Assembly (NCBI RefSeq): GCF_016592615.1
Contig: NZ_AP013043.1
Coordinates: 810,001-842,000 of the forward strand
From: Isorropodon fossajaponicum endosymbiont JTNG4
Lineage (GTDB): Bacteria > Pseudomonadota > Gammaproteobacteria > PS1 > Pseudothioglobaceae
Length of the DNA: 32,000 nucleotides
Direction: 5' to 3'
This document shows, in pieces, positions 18,231 to 27,545 of the stretch. The translations under genes were made by a program, and so were the position numbers. Every line of letters begins with the position of its first letter. Positions within the stretch are counted from its first letter, which is position 1. The notes under the pieces were generated by a model, which did no database searches, was not told the DNA's origin, and worked only from the letters and a program-made list of their open reading frames with translations.

Positions 18231-19457
18231 TTACAAATCGTAGCCTTTTTCTTCATGAGAAACAATGTCCAAACCCTGTTGTTGTTCCTCTTCACCCACT
18301 CTTAACCCGTTATGACATCCACCACTTTAAGAATAAGATAAGTGGCAACAGCCGTATAAACAACCGTTGCCACTACACTTGTGAATTGAATTTGTAATTG
18401 GTCAGCAATTACAATTGCCTCACGATCCCAGCCACCTTTGTCCAGAAAAAATACCCAACTCTTTAGAAGCAAAAAAACCTGCCATTAAGGTGCCAATAAT
18501 ACCACCCACACCATGCACAGGAAATACATCTAATAAATCATCAATTTTAAATTTTTGCTTGATGATAATCACTGCATTAAAATACACAATACCCGCAATA
18601 AATCCAATTACTAAAGCACCTGTAGGGCCTACAAAACCTGAGGCTGGTATAATTTTGTCCCCAAGCCTGCGACCATGCCTGTTACTGTACCTAATTGCAC
18701 CCGTTGCCGCTGAGATGTGCGTCACCAAAATAGCCGTCGCCGCATCCCCACCTGCTGTCAAAACAGAACCACCATTAAAACCAAACCAAACCAACCCACC
18801 CACAACACTGCTACACCCGTAATGGCCATGGTCATATTATGCGACGGTTGGGTTTTTTAAAAAACCTTTTCTAGGTCCTAAAACAATAGCCGCTACTAAC
18901 GCTGAAATACCCGCAGTAATATGAACACCAGCATAGTCAAGCACATTGCCTAGCCAGCCACCACCCCACACCCAATGCGTGATAGGTGCATAAACCACTA
19001 ATAACCAAATAGAGCTAAATAGAGCTAAATAATAACACCGCTGAAAATTTCATTCTTTCTGCATAGCCACTAATAATCAAAGCTGGGGTAATAATAGCGA
19101 ATGTCATTTGAAACATGGCAAACAAAGATTCTGGAATTGAGCCATTGACCGTATTTATACTGACTTGCGCCAAAAGCACATTAGAAAAATCACCAAAGTA
19201 AGGATTATCACCTGAAAAAGCAATAGAATAACCCACTACAAACCACTGACAATGCCCGTAATGGAAAAACACTGTATTAATATTGATAAGATATTTTTAG
19301 TGCGAACCAAGCCACCATAAAATAACGCCAAACCTGGCAATGTCATAAACAACACCAAAGCCGTTGATGTCATTATCCAGGCCGTATCAGCACCATTAAT
19401 CTCTTGTGCAAACACACCCATTGGCAAGCACGCCAATATTGCTAATATTTTCTTCAC
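18231..19457 (-). pseudogene. amtB: second ammonium transporter gene, heavily decayed
   Basis: Amt-family segments are spread over at least 5 frames: signal peptide plus ALVLFMTLPGLALFYGG (19236-19457), WFVVGYSIAFSG..AERMKFSAVL (19015-19272), WFGFNGGS..VHGVGGIIG (18420-18803) and the C-terminus LRVGEEEQQQGLDIVSHEEKGYDL ending at 18231. Lesions include a 10-bp tandem duplication at 19011-19030. Confidence 0.9.
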
Positions 19458-19467
19458 TACTAACTCC

Positions 19468-19806
19468 TCAAAGCGCGTCTTTATCGGTTTCGCCTGTACG
19501 AATACGAACCACTTTGTCTAAATTGGTCACAAAAATTTTGCCATCACCCACCTTGCCAGAATTAGCCACATTACTAATCACCTCAATCACTTCATCAAGT
19601 CTTGAAGCCTCAATCGCAATTTCTAATTTAATTTTAGGCAAAAAGTCAATTTGATACTCTGCTCCTCGATACAACTCTGTGTGTCCTTTTTGACGACCAA
19701 AACCTTTCACCTCAGTTACCGTTACGCCAGATACGCCAACCTCAGATAACGCCTCTCTAACATCGTCTAATTTATGCGGTCTTAAAATTGCTGTCACAAA
19801 CTTCAT
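19468..19806 (-). CDS. glnK: P-II nitrogen regulatory protein, second copy, intact
   Basis: 112 aa. [37 protein letters not shown]. Lies directly upstream of the amtB pseudogene. Confidence 0.93.
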   Translation of the reverse strand: MKFVTAILRPHKLDDVREALSEVGVSGVTVTEVKGFGRQKGHTELYRGAEYQIDFLPKIKLEIAIEASRLDEVIEVISNVANSGKVGDGKIFVTNLDKVVRIRTGETDKDAL

Positions 19807-19843
19807 ATATCCCTCCTATTTTTGTCATTCATCTAGATAATCA

Positions 19844-19860
19844 TGCAATTTTCATTGCCA
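19844..19860 (-). promoter_or_regulatory. sigma54-like -24/-12 element with non-canonical spacing
   Basis: Minus strand TGGCAATGAAAATTGCA, about 38 nt upstream of the glnK-2 ATG. GG and GC are separated by 11 nt instead of the canonical 10. Confidence 0.3.
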
Positions 19861-20048
19861 TACATCGCTTGATTATAGAAATTATTTAAAAAAAAGCAAT
19901 AGCCCGTAGCGGTCTTTTATAGATATTTGAAGACATAATTAAACCATTTGTAACTGATATGTAATCATTGCCTTTATTTATTAACACTAAGAGCATAGTT
20001 TAAAAAACCACGGTTTGCATGGCTATTAGTATTACTATTAAAAACTAC

Positions 20049-20578
20049 TTAATTTAATACAATACCATCAATCCCAAAATCATTTACCCTGCACTGATTC
20101 CTAAGCTTTTTAGCTCAAAAATATGTGCGCCACTAGATTCACTCACAAAGCCAACACTTTCTTGACGCCATCCCGCCGCCCGCTTGTGCTGAATAAACTG
20201 CGCCTGCCTTTTCTCCGTCAATATAAAGTTGTGTTTCAACTTTACGATTTGCATTAACCCAATAATCAAATTGATATTGCTGATTAGCACCTAACTCAAT
20301 CTCTTGTTGCCAAAAAGCTTTAGCCTCGCCTAAAGTAGAGTCATCAACCATTAAAAACTTACCAGAGCTTCCCAAGCCAAAAGTATCACCCAAACCCCAG
20401 TTAGGTGGCGTATCAACAATCGCTAAAGTATCATGCCCTCGTGCTTGAGTAAGGATTTGATAATCTGTTTGAAAAGCTTGATTGCCGCTTTCAAAGTCAC
20501 CATTTATAACCACACCAGTTGTATCTGTTAGTACAACTTCTTTTAGATTGATTTCATCAATACTAAAGTCATTAGGCT
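20049..20578 (-). pseudogene. C-terminal remnant of a repeat-domain (jelly-roll/CBM-like) surface protein, cut by IS copy 2 and frameshifted
   Basis: ..PNDFSIDEINL | VINGDFESGNQAFQ...FWQQEIELGANQQYQFDYWV... then two frame changes to ..WRQESVGFVSESSGAHIFELKSLGISAG and NDFGIDGIVLN*. The NGDFE start and NDFxIDxI end recur, which suggests tandem domains. The upstream part is missing at the IS junction. Confidence 0.5.
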
Positions 20579-20617
20579 TTTAAGTTCAAATAGTGCTCTA
20601 ACCTACTTGGACACATT

Positions 20618-21346
20618 TCAAGCCGCTTTTTTCAATTCAGCCATCTTTTGAGCAGGTGTTAAATACCCAATCGCTGAATGAATCCTTTTGTAATTATACA
20701 AGTAGATATAACCCTCTACATTTTGCACGACTTCACTATGATTTGCAAAACTTTGATAATTTAATCTCTCAGTCTTCAGACTTCTAAAGAAACGCTCCAT
20801 GACCGCATTATCCCAACAATTACCTCGCCTGCTCATGCTTTGAGTAATGTTGTTCTTGTTGCAATAATCAATAAAAACTTTAGAAGAGTATTGAGTCCCT
20901 TGATCAGAGTGGAACATGTGTTTATTTGTATTGGGCTGGTGTCTAGACACAGCATTACTAAGCGCATCCTTTGCCAACTGAGCATTAGGCTGTTTTGACA
21001 ATGCCCAACCAACAACTTGTCTTGAGCCTAAATCCAACACACTGGCTAAATAACTCCCACCTTGATAGGTTTTGATATAGGTAATATCACCAACCCAATG
21101 CGTATTAATTGATTGCTGCTCAAACACACGATTTAATAGGTTTTTTGCCTTTTTAAACATCAATCTAGTATTAGGGTAATAATGACGCTTTCTTGGGCGT
21201 ATGGCAACTACATTGGCTTTTTTCATTAGCGTTGCAGTTTGGTAAATACCAATGTTATAACCTTGGTTATTCAAAACTACTCGCATTCTGCGTTTGCCAT
21301 AGGTGTATCCAACTTCAATAGCAGTTTGTTTGATTAATTTAATCAT
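20618..21346 (-). CDS. IS3-family transposase OrfB portion (copy 2)
   Basis: 242 aa, identical to the copy-1 ORF. Same in-frame TGA upstream (21422-21424). Confidence 0.85.
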   Translation of the reverse strand: MIKLIKQTAIEVGYTYGKRRMRVVLNNQGYNIGIYQTATLMKKANVVAIRPRKRHYYPNTRLMFKKAKNLLNRVFEQQSINTHWVGDITYIKTYQGGSYLASVLDLGSRQVVGWALSKQPNAQLAKDALSNAVSRHQPNTNKHMFHSDQGTQYSSKVFIDYCNKNNITQSMSRRGNCWDNAVMERFFRSLKTERLNYQSFANHSEVVQNVEGYIYLYNYKRIHSAIGYLTPAQKMAELKKAA

Positions 21347-21471
21347 AGCGTTGGTGTTGTTGTTTACTCGCTTATCTTTGACTTGATAGTAATAACTACT
21401 GTGAGGAAGTTTGAGTAATGCTCATAATTCTTTAGTATTGTATTGTTGGCAAGCCTTGTTTATCTTGATAA

Positions 21472-21823
21472 TCATATCACTTGGTGATTGTCCACAGCGA
21501 ACAAGGCTGTTGCCTTTTTTAAGATTTCATTGTCCCTTTGTGCGCGCCAAAGTTGTTTCTCAAGCAGTTGTATTGTTTGTTGTTCAGAAGTCAGCGCTTT
21601 GCCTGACTCTGGTGTTTGTCCACCAAGCTCTGCTAGGTATTGTTTTCTCCATCTGCTAACTGCTGAGGAGCAAGCTCCTGATATTATCATGATTTTTTTT
21701 ATTGGTGTAATTCTCATGCACCATGAGTTTGGCATAATCTAGTGTTCCCCCCTCAAGGGGGTATTGAACAGAATGTTCAACGGTAAAAGTCACTCGTTGT
21801 TTTCTTGATTTATATTGTGTCAT
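21472..21823 (-). pseudogene. IS3-family OrfA, frameshifted (copy 2)
   Basis: Same two-frame arrangement as copy 1. The 87-aa ORF 21472-21735 is identical. Confidence 0.7.
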
Positions 21824-21870
21824 TACTGACCTCCTTATGGTTTGTATTATAAGGCTATCTTTGTGTCCAA

Positions 21871-22380
21871 TAAAATTAGACTATTGCAATCAAGAAAATC
21901 ATTAGCACTGTCAAACCACTCTTCATAGTCTATTATTGCCATTTTCTTACATGCTTTTTGGGTTAAGTTCCCCGGTACAGCCAACTCCCTCCTATTAAAC
22001 TCATACAACACAATCCCCTGACCCTTAAATATCAGTAAAGAAGTATTGCCCTTCTTTAAGCGAATTATTAACCTCATCTAGCGTATGTATAGTCAAGTTA
22101 CATTATCCTCAATCGTATTCCACAAATCAAGCTTTGCCACCAAGTCATACTGATTAACAATCACTAAAATATCATAATCACTAATATAACCAGTCTCTGG
22201 TTTATTCACCCACTTACCTGTAGCGTGCGAACCAAACAGAATAACCTTAATTAACTTACCTGTTTTCCTTTTTCCTGATGCTGCACTTACAACTGAATCA
22301 AACTCTTCGCGAATGACCTGGAGAATTCGCCTTAAATGGGTTTGCTTATTGCTAGGTAAATGGTCTAAAGAATCTTTCAT
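21871..22380 (-). pseudogene. nucleotidyltransferase (MNT-like) fused to a HEPN-type C-terminal region, frameshifted and truncated by IS copy 2
   Basis: ORF 22093-22380 has the NTase motif ILFGSHATG...SDYDILVIV. Downstream, the conserved EVNNSLKEGQYFFTDI and KGQGIVLYEF...YEEWFDSANDFL lie in different frames and run into the IS end. Confidence 0.65.
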
Positions 22381-22606
22381 TTAGTTTGGTTAAGGGTGTT
22401 TATTGGTTAGGTGTTAATGTTCATTGTTGACAAAGATTATACAGATACAGTGATAGGTATAAAGTAGAGGATAGAGCTTGATTATTGTTATGATCAAAGT
22501 AGTGAAAACTCCGCCTCCACTACTTCAAGAATAAAAAGATAAAACCCTTTGAAAGTGATACTACATGTATTGATTGCATAGTAATTGTATCAATACATTA
22601 AAAACA

Positions 22607-22936
22607 TTACTTGGCTTCGAACTTTTTGCTGGCTTTTTCCATTTCACCTTTTAAAGTACCCATCTCAGCCATTTCAACAATAATATCCCCACCACCCACT
22701 AACTCTGAATTAAAATAAATTTGAGGAAATGTTGGCCAGTCTGCAAATGCAGACAGGTTTTGAAAGACTTCTTGATCTTCAAAAATATTAACATAGGCAA
22801 ACTCAACACCTGTTGAGGCAAGCGTTTTCGCTGCTGTAGCAGAAAAACCACATTGTGGAAATTGTGGCGTGCCCTTCATATAAAGCACAACTGCTGCACT
22901 ATCTACTTGCTGTTGAATTCTGTCCATTACGTCCAT
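22607..22936 (-). CDS. grxD: monothiol glutaredoxin (Grx4 family)
   Basis: 109 aa. VVLYMKGTPQFPQCGFS active site and WPTFPQIY..ELVGGGDI. Confidence 0.93.
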   Translation of the reverse strand: MDVMDRIQQQVDSAAVVLYMKGTPQFPQCGFSATAAKTLASTGVEFAYVNIFEDQEVFQNLSAFADWPTFPQIYFNSELVGGGDIIVEMAEMGTLKGEMEKASKKFEAK

Positions 22937-23002
22937 TGTATTACTCCTTTAATGTTTAATTGCTGAGTATTTTACTCATATATTATTATTTTACAAATAT
23001 TT

Positions 23003-23590
23003 CTATTTAATCGCCTGAGAAATTGTGTATTTTTGCCCTTGTTTGAGTTTTTTATAATTATTAAATACAGATTTAAAATTGTCTTTAATAAAATGTCTTA
23101 AACCATTGATGGTTACAAATGTTATTTTACCGCCTGGTTTTAACGCATCATAAGCATCATGCAAAATAATACTAAGCTGTTCTCTGCCTACTTTTGCGGG
23201 TACGTTTGATAATATTTGATCAAAATAATTTATTTTGTTGACACTTAAAAACGCATCTGACAAATAAGCCTGAGCATTGTCAATATGGTTAAGTTTGGCA
23301 TTGATGTTTGACAACTCAACAGCAACAAAATCTTTATCCACCATGTGCACCTCTGCTTGTGAACAAGACTTGGCAACTGCCAAGCCAATAGGACCATAAC
23401 CACAGCCTAAATCAAGGCATTTGTCATTATTGGCAATTTTTAAATGCTTCATGAATAATTCAGTGCCATCATCAATAGAGCGAGGGCTAAATACACCCCA
23501 ACGCGTTTTTAGAGTTAAACCAACCCCAAGTAACTTTGTTTGAATGGTTAGATCTTGCTTTAATCTTGGAATGTCTTTTTTTGTAAACAT
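23003..23590 (-). CDS. class I SAM-dependent methyltransferase, RsmC/RlmG-like small (MTS) domain
   Basis: 195 aa. WGVFSPRSIDDGTELF, SAM motif LDLGCGYGPIGLAVA, and SNVPAKVG in the position of NPPxH. Confidence 0.75.
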   Translation of the reverse strand: MFTKKDIPRLKQDLTIQTKLLGVGLTLKTRWGVFSPRSIDDGTELFMKHLKIANNDKCLDLGCGYGPIGLAVAKSCSQAEVHMVDKDFVAVELSNINAKLNHIDNAQAYLSDAFLSVNKINYFDQILSNVPAKVGREQLSIILHDAYDALKPGGKITFVTINGLRHFIKDNFKSVFNNYKKLKQGQKYTISQAIK

Positions 23591-23649
23591 ATCGCGCCCT
23601 ATTATACATAAGGGTATTTAATAAACTGCTGCTGATAAAATACACGACC

Positions 23650-25005
23650 ATGAACAGACCAGAACTACTCTCCCCTGCCGGTAGCCTTAAACATATGCGC
23701 TATGCTTATGCTTATGGTGCAGATGCTATCTATGCAGGGCAGCCAAGATATAGCCTTAGAGTGCGTAACAACTCATTTGATGCCAAAACTTTAGAACAAG
23801 GCATACTTGAGGCGCATGCAAATAATAAAAAATTCTTTGTTGCCTCAAACATAATTCCACACAATAGCAAGATTAAAACCTACATGAAGGATATTGAGCC
23901 TATTGTTAATCTTAATCCTGATGCTTTGATTATGGCAGACCCTGGTTTAATTATGATGGTGAAAGAAAAATTCCCCAATCAAGTGATTCATTTATCAGTT
24001 CAGGCAAATGCGGTTAACTACGCAACGGTGAAATTTTGGAAAAATGCAGGTATTAGTCGCATTATTCTTTCTCGTGAATTGTCGTTAGATGAAGTTAAAG
24101 AAATTCGCCAAGAATGCCCAGATATTGAACTAGAAGTATTTGTACATGGTGCACTGTGTATTGCCTATTCTGGTCGTTGCCTATTGTCAGGCTATTTTAA
24201 TCACCGTGACCCAAACCAAGGTTCATGCACCAACTCTTGTCGTTGGAAATATGATGTTAAAGAAGCCGAAGAAACCCTTGAGGGTGATATTCAAGCAGTT
24301 GAAATTAAAACCCCTGAAAATCAAGTTGTGTTGCTTGAAGAGCAAGGTCGCCCTGGTGAGTTAATGCCAGCTTTTGAGGATGAGCATGGCACTTATATCA
24401 TGAATTCCAAAGACTTACGCGCCGTTGAACACGTACACACACTTACAGCTATGGGCATTGATTCACTCAAAATCGAGGGCAGAACCAAATCACATTACTA
24501 CGCTGCACGCACAGCACAAGTATATCGACAAGCCATTGATGATGCAGTTGCAGGTCGTGAGTTTGATAAAGATGCCTTTGGTGTGCTAGAAAATCTTGCC
24601 AATAGAGGGTATACCGATGGCTTTTATCAAAGACACCAGCCAGAAGAATTGCAAACTTATTTTGATAATTATTCACGCTCAAATAAGCAACAAGTGGTGG
24701 GGGAGATTCTAGATTATAAAGATGGTAAGGCGTTTATCGAAGCCAAAAATAAATTTAGTGTGTGTGATTCCATTGAAGTTATCTTGCCCGATGGTTGTTT
24801 TAATACCACGGTTGAATCAATGATAACTGAACATAACGAAGTGTTGGAGGTTGCTAAGGGTAGCGGCTATCGAGTATGGATTCCGATGCGTGAAATAAAG
24901 CCAGAACTTGGCTTTATCGCTAGAAATTTTGATGAAAAAATTAAAATTAAAAACAAAAATATTAAAAAAGACCCCTCGCTAAAAATTCGCCGCCCTTCTT
25001 GGTAG
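23650..25005 (+). CDS. trhP: U32-family protein, YegQ/TrhP type (tRNA hydroxylation factor)
   Basis: 451 aa. The N-terminus PELLSPAGSLKHMRYAYAYGADAIYAGQPRYSLRVRNNSF matches the YegQ-type U32 signature. Cys-rich CIAYSGRCLLSG..C.NSCRW. Confidence 0.85.
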   Translation: MNRPELLSPAGSLKHMRYAYAYGADAIYAGQPRYSLRVRNNSFDAKTLEQGILEAHANNKKFFVASNIIPHNSKIKTYMKDIEPIVNLNPDALIMADPGLIMMVKEKFPNQVIHLSVQANAVNYATVKFWKNAGISRIILSRELSLDEVKEIRQECPDIELEVFVHGALCIAYSGRCLLSGYFNHRDPNQGSCTNSCRWKYDVKEAEETLEGDIQAVEIKTPENQVVLLEEQGRPGELMPAFEDEHGTYIMNSKDLRAVEHVHTLTAMGIDSLKIEGRTKSHYYAARTAQVYRQAIDDAVAGREFDKDAFGVLENLANRGYTDGFYQRHQPEELQTYFDNYSRSNKQQVVGEILDYKDGKAFIEAKNKFSVCDSIEVILPDGCFNTTVESMITEHNEVLEVAKGSGYRVWIPMREIKPELGFIARNFDEKIKIKNKNIKKDPSLKIRRPSW

Positions 25006-25066
25006 TTTACAAATAGCCTTATTATTACCAGTATAATGATGTCTTTTTAAGTTAAGTCTCTATTAG

Positions 25067-26869
25067 GTGTTAAATTCAATAACGTCCCCTGCAGATATTA
25101 AACAACTTGACATTGCACAATTGCAGTCTTTAGCTGAAGAAGTGCGTACATTTTTAATTGAGAACATTCAAAAAACAGGTGGCCACTTAGCGCCCAACCT
25201 TGGCACAATTGAGATGACCATTGCCATGCATTATGTGTTTGACACACCTTATGATAGCTTTGTCTTTGATGTTGGGCATCAGGCTTATACCCATAAAATC
25301 CTCACAGGTCGTCTTAACAAAATGCACACATTGCGTCAAAAAGACGGGTTGTCAGGTTTTACAAAACGTAGCGAAAGCGAGCACGATAGCTTTGGTGCTG
25401 GACATTCATCAACCTCAATTAGTGCCGCTTTAGGCATTGCTATTGGTAATGGCATTAATAATAGTGATGGTAAATCTATTGCTGTGATTGGCGATGGCGC
25501 ACTCACAGGTGGCATGTCATTTGAAGCACTCAACCATGCAGGTGATAGTGATGCAGACTTGCTCATTATCCTAAATGACAATGATATGTCAATATCAAAA
25601 AATGTGGGTGCTATGAGTAAATACCTTACCAAGCTTATCTCTGGCAAGGTTTATTCAACCATGAAATCAAAGTCATTAGGATTTTTAGAAAAAATGCCTA
25701 AAATCCATGAATTTGCCAAACGCTCAGAAGAGCACCTTAAAGGCATGGTTTTGCCTAGCACTTTGTTTGAGGAATTAGGGCTTGATTATTTTGGACCTAT
25801 TGATGGGCATGATTTACCAACCTTAATCCAAACGCTACAAAACCTAAAACAACAAACAAAACCAAGACTTTTACACATTATTACCAAAAAAGGTTACGGG
25901 CTTGAAACAGCAGAGAACGACCCATGCAAGTTTCATGGTGTAGCACCTGCTTCATTAAACGCTTCCAACCTACCCAGTTACAGTACTGTATTTGGTACTT
26001 GGCTAAATAACACCGCACTTCATCATAAAAATCTAATTGCGATTACACCCGCCATGTGCACTGGGTCTGGCATGAGCGAATTTGAAAAGAATTATCCTAA
26101 GCAATATTTTGATGTGGGCATTGCAGAGCAGCATGCCATTACTTTTGCAGGTGGGCTTGCCACCCAAGGCTTAAAGCCGATAGTGGCTATCTATTCTACT
26201 TTTTTACAACGTGGTTATGACCAACTCATTCATGATATTGCACTACAAAATCTAGGTGTTATTTTTGCAATTGACCGTGCTGGATTAGTGGGTAGCGATG
26301 GTGCAACCCATGCAGGCAGTTTTGATTTGAGTTTTTTAAGATGTATTCCCAACTTAACCATTATGGCACCAAGTAATGCAATGCAAATGTATCAAATGCT
26401 TAATACTGCATTTGAAACCAACAGCACTATTTGTATACGCTACCCTAGAGGCACATCAGACATTCAAAATTACATCACTGATAAAAAAATTCCACTAGGT
26501 AAAGCAAAAATTATACTTGAAGGCTCTAATGTAGCAATTTTTGCTTTTGGTATTATGGTTAAAAGTGCACTTGCTGCGGGTAAAAAATTAAGTGCAACGG
26601 TGGTTAATATGCGTTTTGTTAAGCCACTTGATGAAGCATTAATTATTAAATTAGCCAGTTCACACGCCAAACTTATCTCCATTGAGGATAATGCCATCAC
26701 AGGTGGTGCAGGCAGTGCAATCAGTGAACTTCTACATCAAAAAAATATCAAAACACCTCTAAGCATTTTAGGTTTGCCAGACAAGTTCAGCGAGCAAGGC
26801 GAGCAACAAGAATTGTATGACTTGTATGGGTTAAATGAAACAGGTATTATCAATGCTGCACGTTCATGA
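25067..26869 (+). CDS. dxs: 1-deoxy-D-xylulose-5-phosphate synthase
   Basis: 600 aa with a GTG start. GGHLAPNLGTIE, FDVGHQAYTHKILTGR, ThDP motif GDGALTGGM..NDN, and transketolase-like central and C-terminal domains. Confidence 0.96.
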   Translation: MLNSITSPADIKQLDIAQLQSLAEEVRTFLIENIQKTGGHLAPNLGTIEMTIAMHYVFDTPYDSFVFDVGHQAYTHKILTGRLNKMHTLRQKDGLSGFTKRSESEHDSFGAGHSSTSISAALGIAIGNGINNSDGKSIAVIGDGALTGGMSFEALNHAGDSDADLLIILNDNDMSISKNVGAMSKYLTKLISGKVYSTMKSKSLGFLEKMPKIHEFAKRSEEHLKGMVLPSTLFEELGLDYFGPIDGHDLPTLIQTLQNLKQQTKPRLLHIITKKGYGLETAENDPCKFHGVAPASLNASNLPSYSTVFGTWLNNTALHHKNLIAITPAMCTGSGMSEFEKNYPKQYFDVGIAEQHAITFAGGLATQGLKPIVAIYSTFLQRGYDQLIHDIALQNLGVIFAIDRAGLVGSDGATHAGSFDLSFLRCIPNLTIMAPSNAMQMYQMLNTAFETNSTICIRYPRGTSDIQNYITDKKIPLGKAKIILEGSNVAIFAFGIMVKSALAAGKKLSATVVNMRFVKPLDEALIIKLASSHAKLISIEDNAITGGAGSAISELLHQKNIKTPLSILGLPDKFSEQGEQQELYDLYGLNETGIINAARS

Positions 26870-27360
26870 AAAAACTATTAAAACGCTACAGTCCTAACAC
26901 GAATGAGTTAAAAAATAACAAGCACTTAGGCTGGCTTGGTAAGCATTTTCACCATCCAAGCTTGTGGAATTTTAATAGAAAGTCTATCTCTAAAGCATTT
27001 GCAGTTGGATTGTTTTGTGCGTTTATTCCCATACCCTTCCAAATGCTATTGGCTGCACCAATTGCGGTCATATCTAGTGCAAACTTACCACTATCTATTG
27101 CACTGGTTTGGATCACCAACCCTATTACCATGCCAGTTATTTTTTATGGTTGCTATAAACTTGGTGCTTGGATTTTGGATGTTAGTATCGAGAATAGCTT
27201 TGTGATGTCACTTGAGCATGTTTGGCAAGTGTTTGATGTTATTTGGCAGCCTTTCTTGCTTGGATGCTTGATTGTCTCTATCACCAGCTCAGTACTTGGC
27301 TATTTATTGATACAATTTATTTACCGCTACAAAGTTTACAAAAGAATCAAAGGTCTCTAG
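26866..27360 (+). CDS. DUF2062-family membrane protein
   Basis: 164 aa. The ATG overlaps the dxs stop (ATGA). ..PSLWNFNRKSISKAFAVGLFCAFIPIPFQMLLA...NPITMP. Confidence 0.75.
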   Translation: MKKLLKRYSPNTNELKNNKHLGWLGKHFHHPSLWNFNRKSISKAFAVGLFCAFIPIPFQMLLAAPIAVISSANLPLSIALVWITNPITMPVIFYGCYKLGAWILDVSIENSFVMSLEHVWQVFDVIWQPFLLGCLIVSITSSVLGYLLIQFIYRYKVYKRIKGL

Positions 27361-27485
27361 GTTTTTTAGTCTAAATTTTCACCTCCTCATTTACCAAAAA
27401 CCTTACTAGTCATTTGTCATATATTTTGATTAACTGCTGTAGAAAACACTCCTATTTATCATTGATTACAAATAATCATTACAAA

Positions 27486-27494
27486 TGGTATAAT
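27486..27494 (+). promoter_or_regulatory. extended -10 promoter (TGgTATAAT)
   Basis: TGGTATAAT at 27486-27494, with TTACAA at 17-nt spacing (27466-27471). It lies about 50 nt upstream of an AAAGGAG RBS and the ATG at 27546. Confidence 0.45.
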
Positions 27495-27545
27495 CTCTGC
27501 AGGACCTTGAGAGAAAAAGGGTTATCAAGTAAAGGAGATAAATAA

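Larger units (their letters stand above)
20594..21870 (-). mobile_element. IS3-family insertion sequence, copy 2, with atypical termini
   Basis: Collinear with copy 1 at an offset of 15009. ORF translations are identical and I noticed one difference, at 21402 (C to T). The outermost 5 bp on the left and 18 bp on the right do not match the copy-1 inverted repeat. Confidence 0.9.

Noticed and set aside
5580-21870. Composite transposon formed by IS copies 1 and 2.
   Set aside because: The intervening 13.7 kb is core housekeeping DNA (his, tat, amtB, ligase, dapA) in conserved operons. Copy 2 lacks canonical ends, and no outer target duplications exist.
22381-22606. Possible small RNA or promoter element between grxD and the NTase gene (TTGACA at 22427; hairpins at 22497-22525 and 22565-22598).
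   Set aside because: The hairpins lack U-tracts, the -10 match is poor and I recognised no conserved RNA motif. The 22565-22598 stem may simply be a grxD 3' stem-loop. There is not enough evidence to call a feature.
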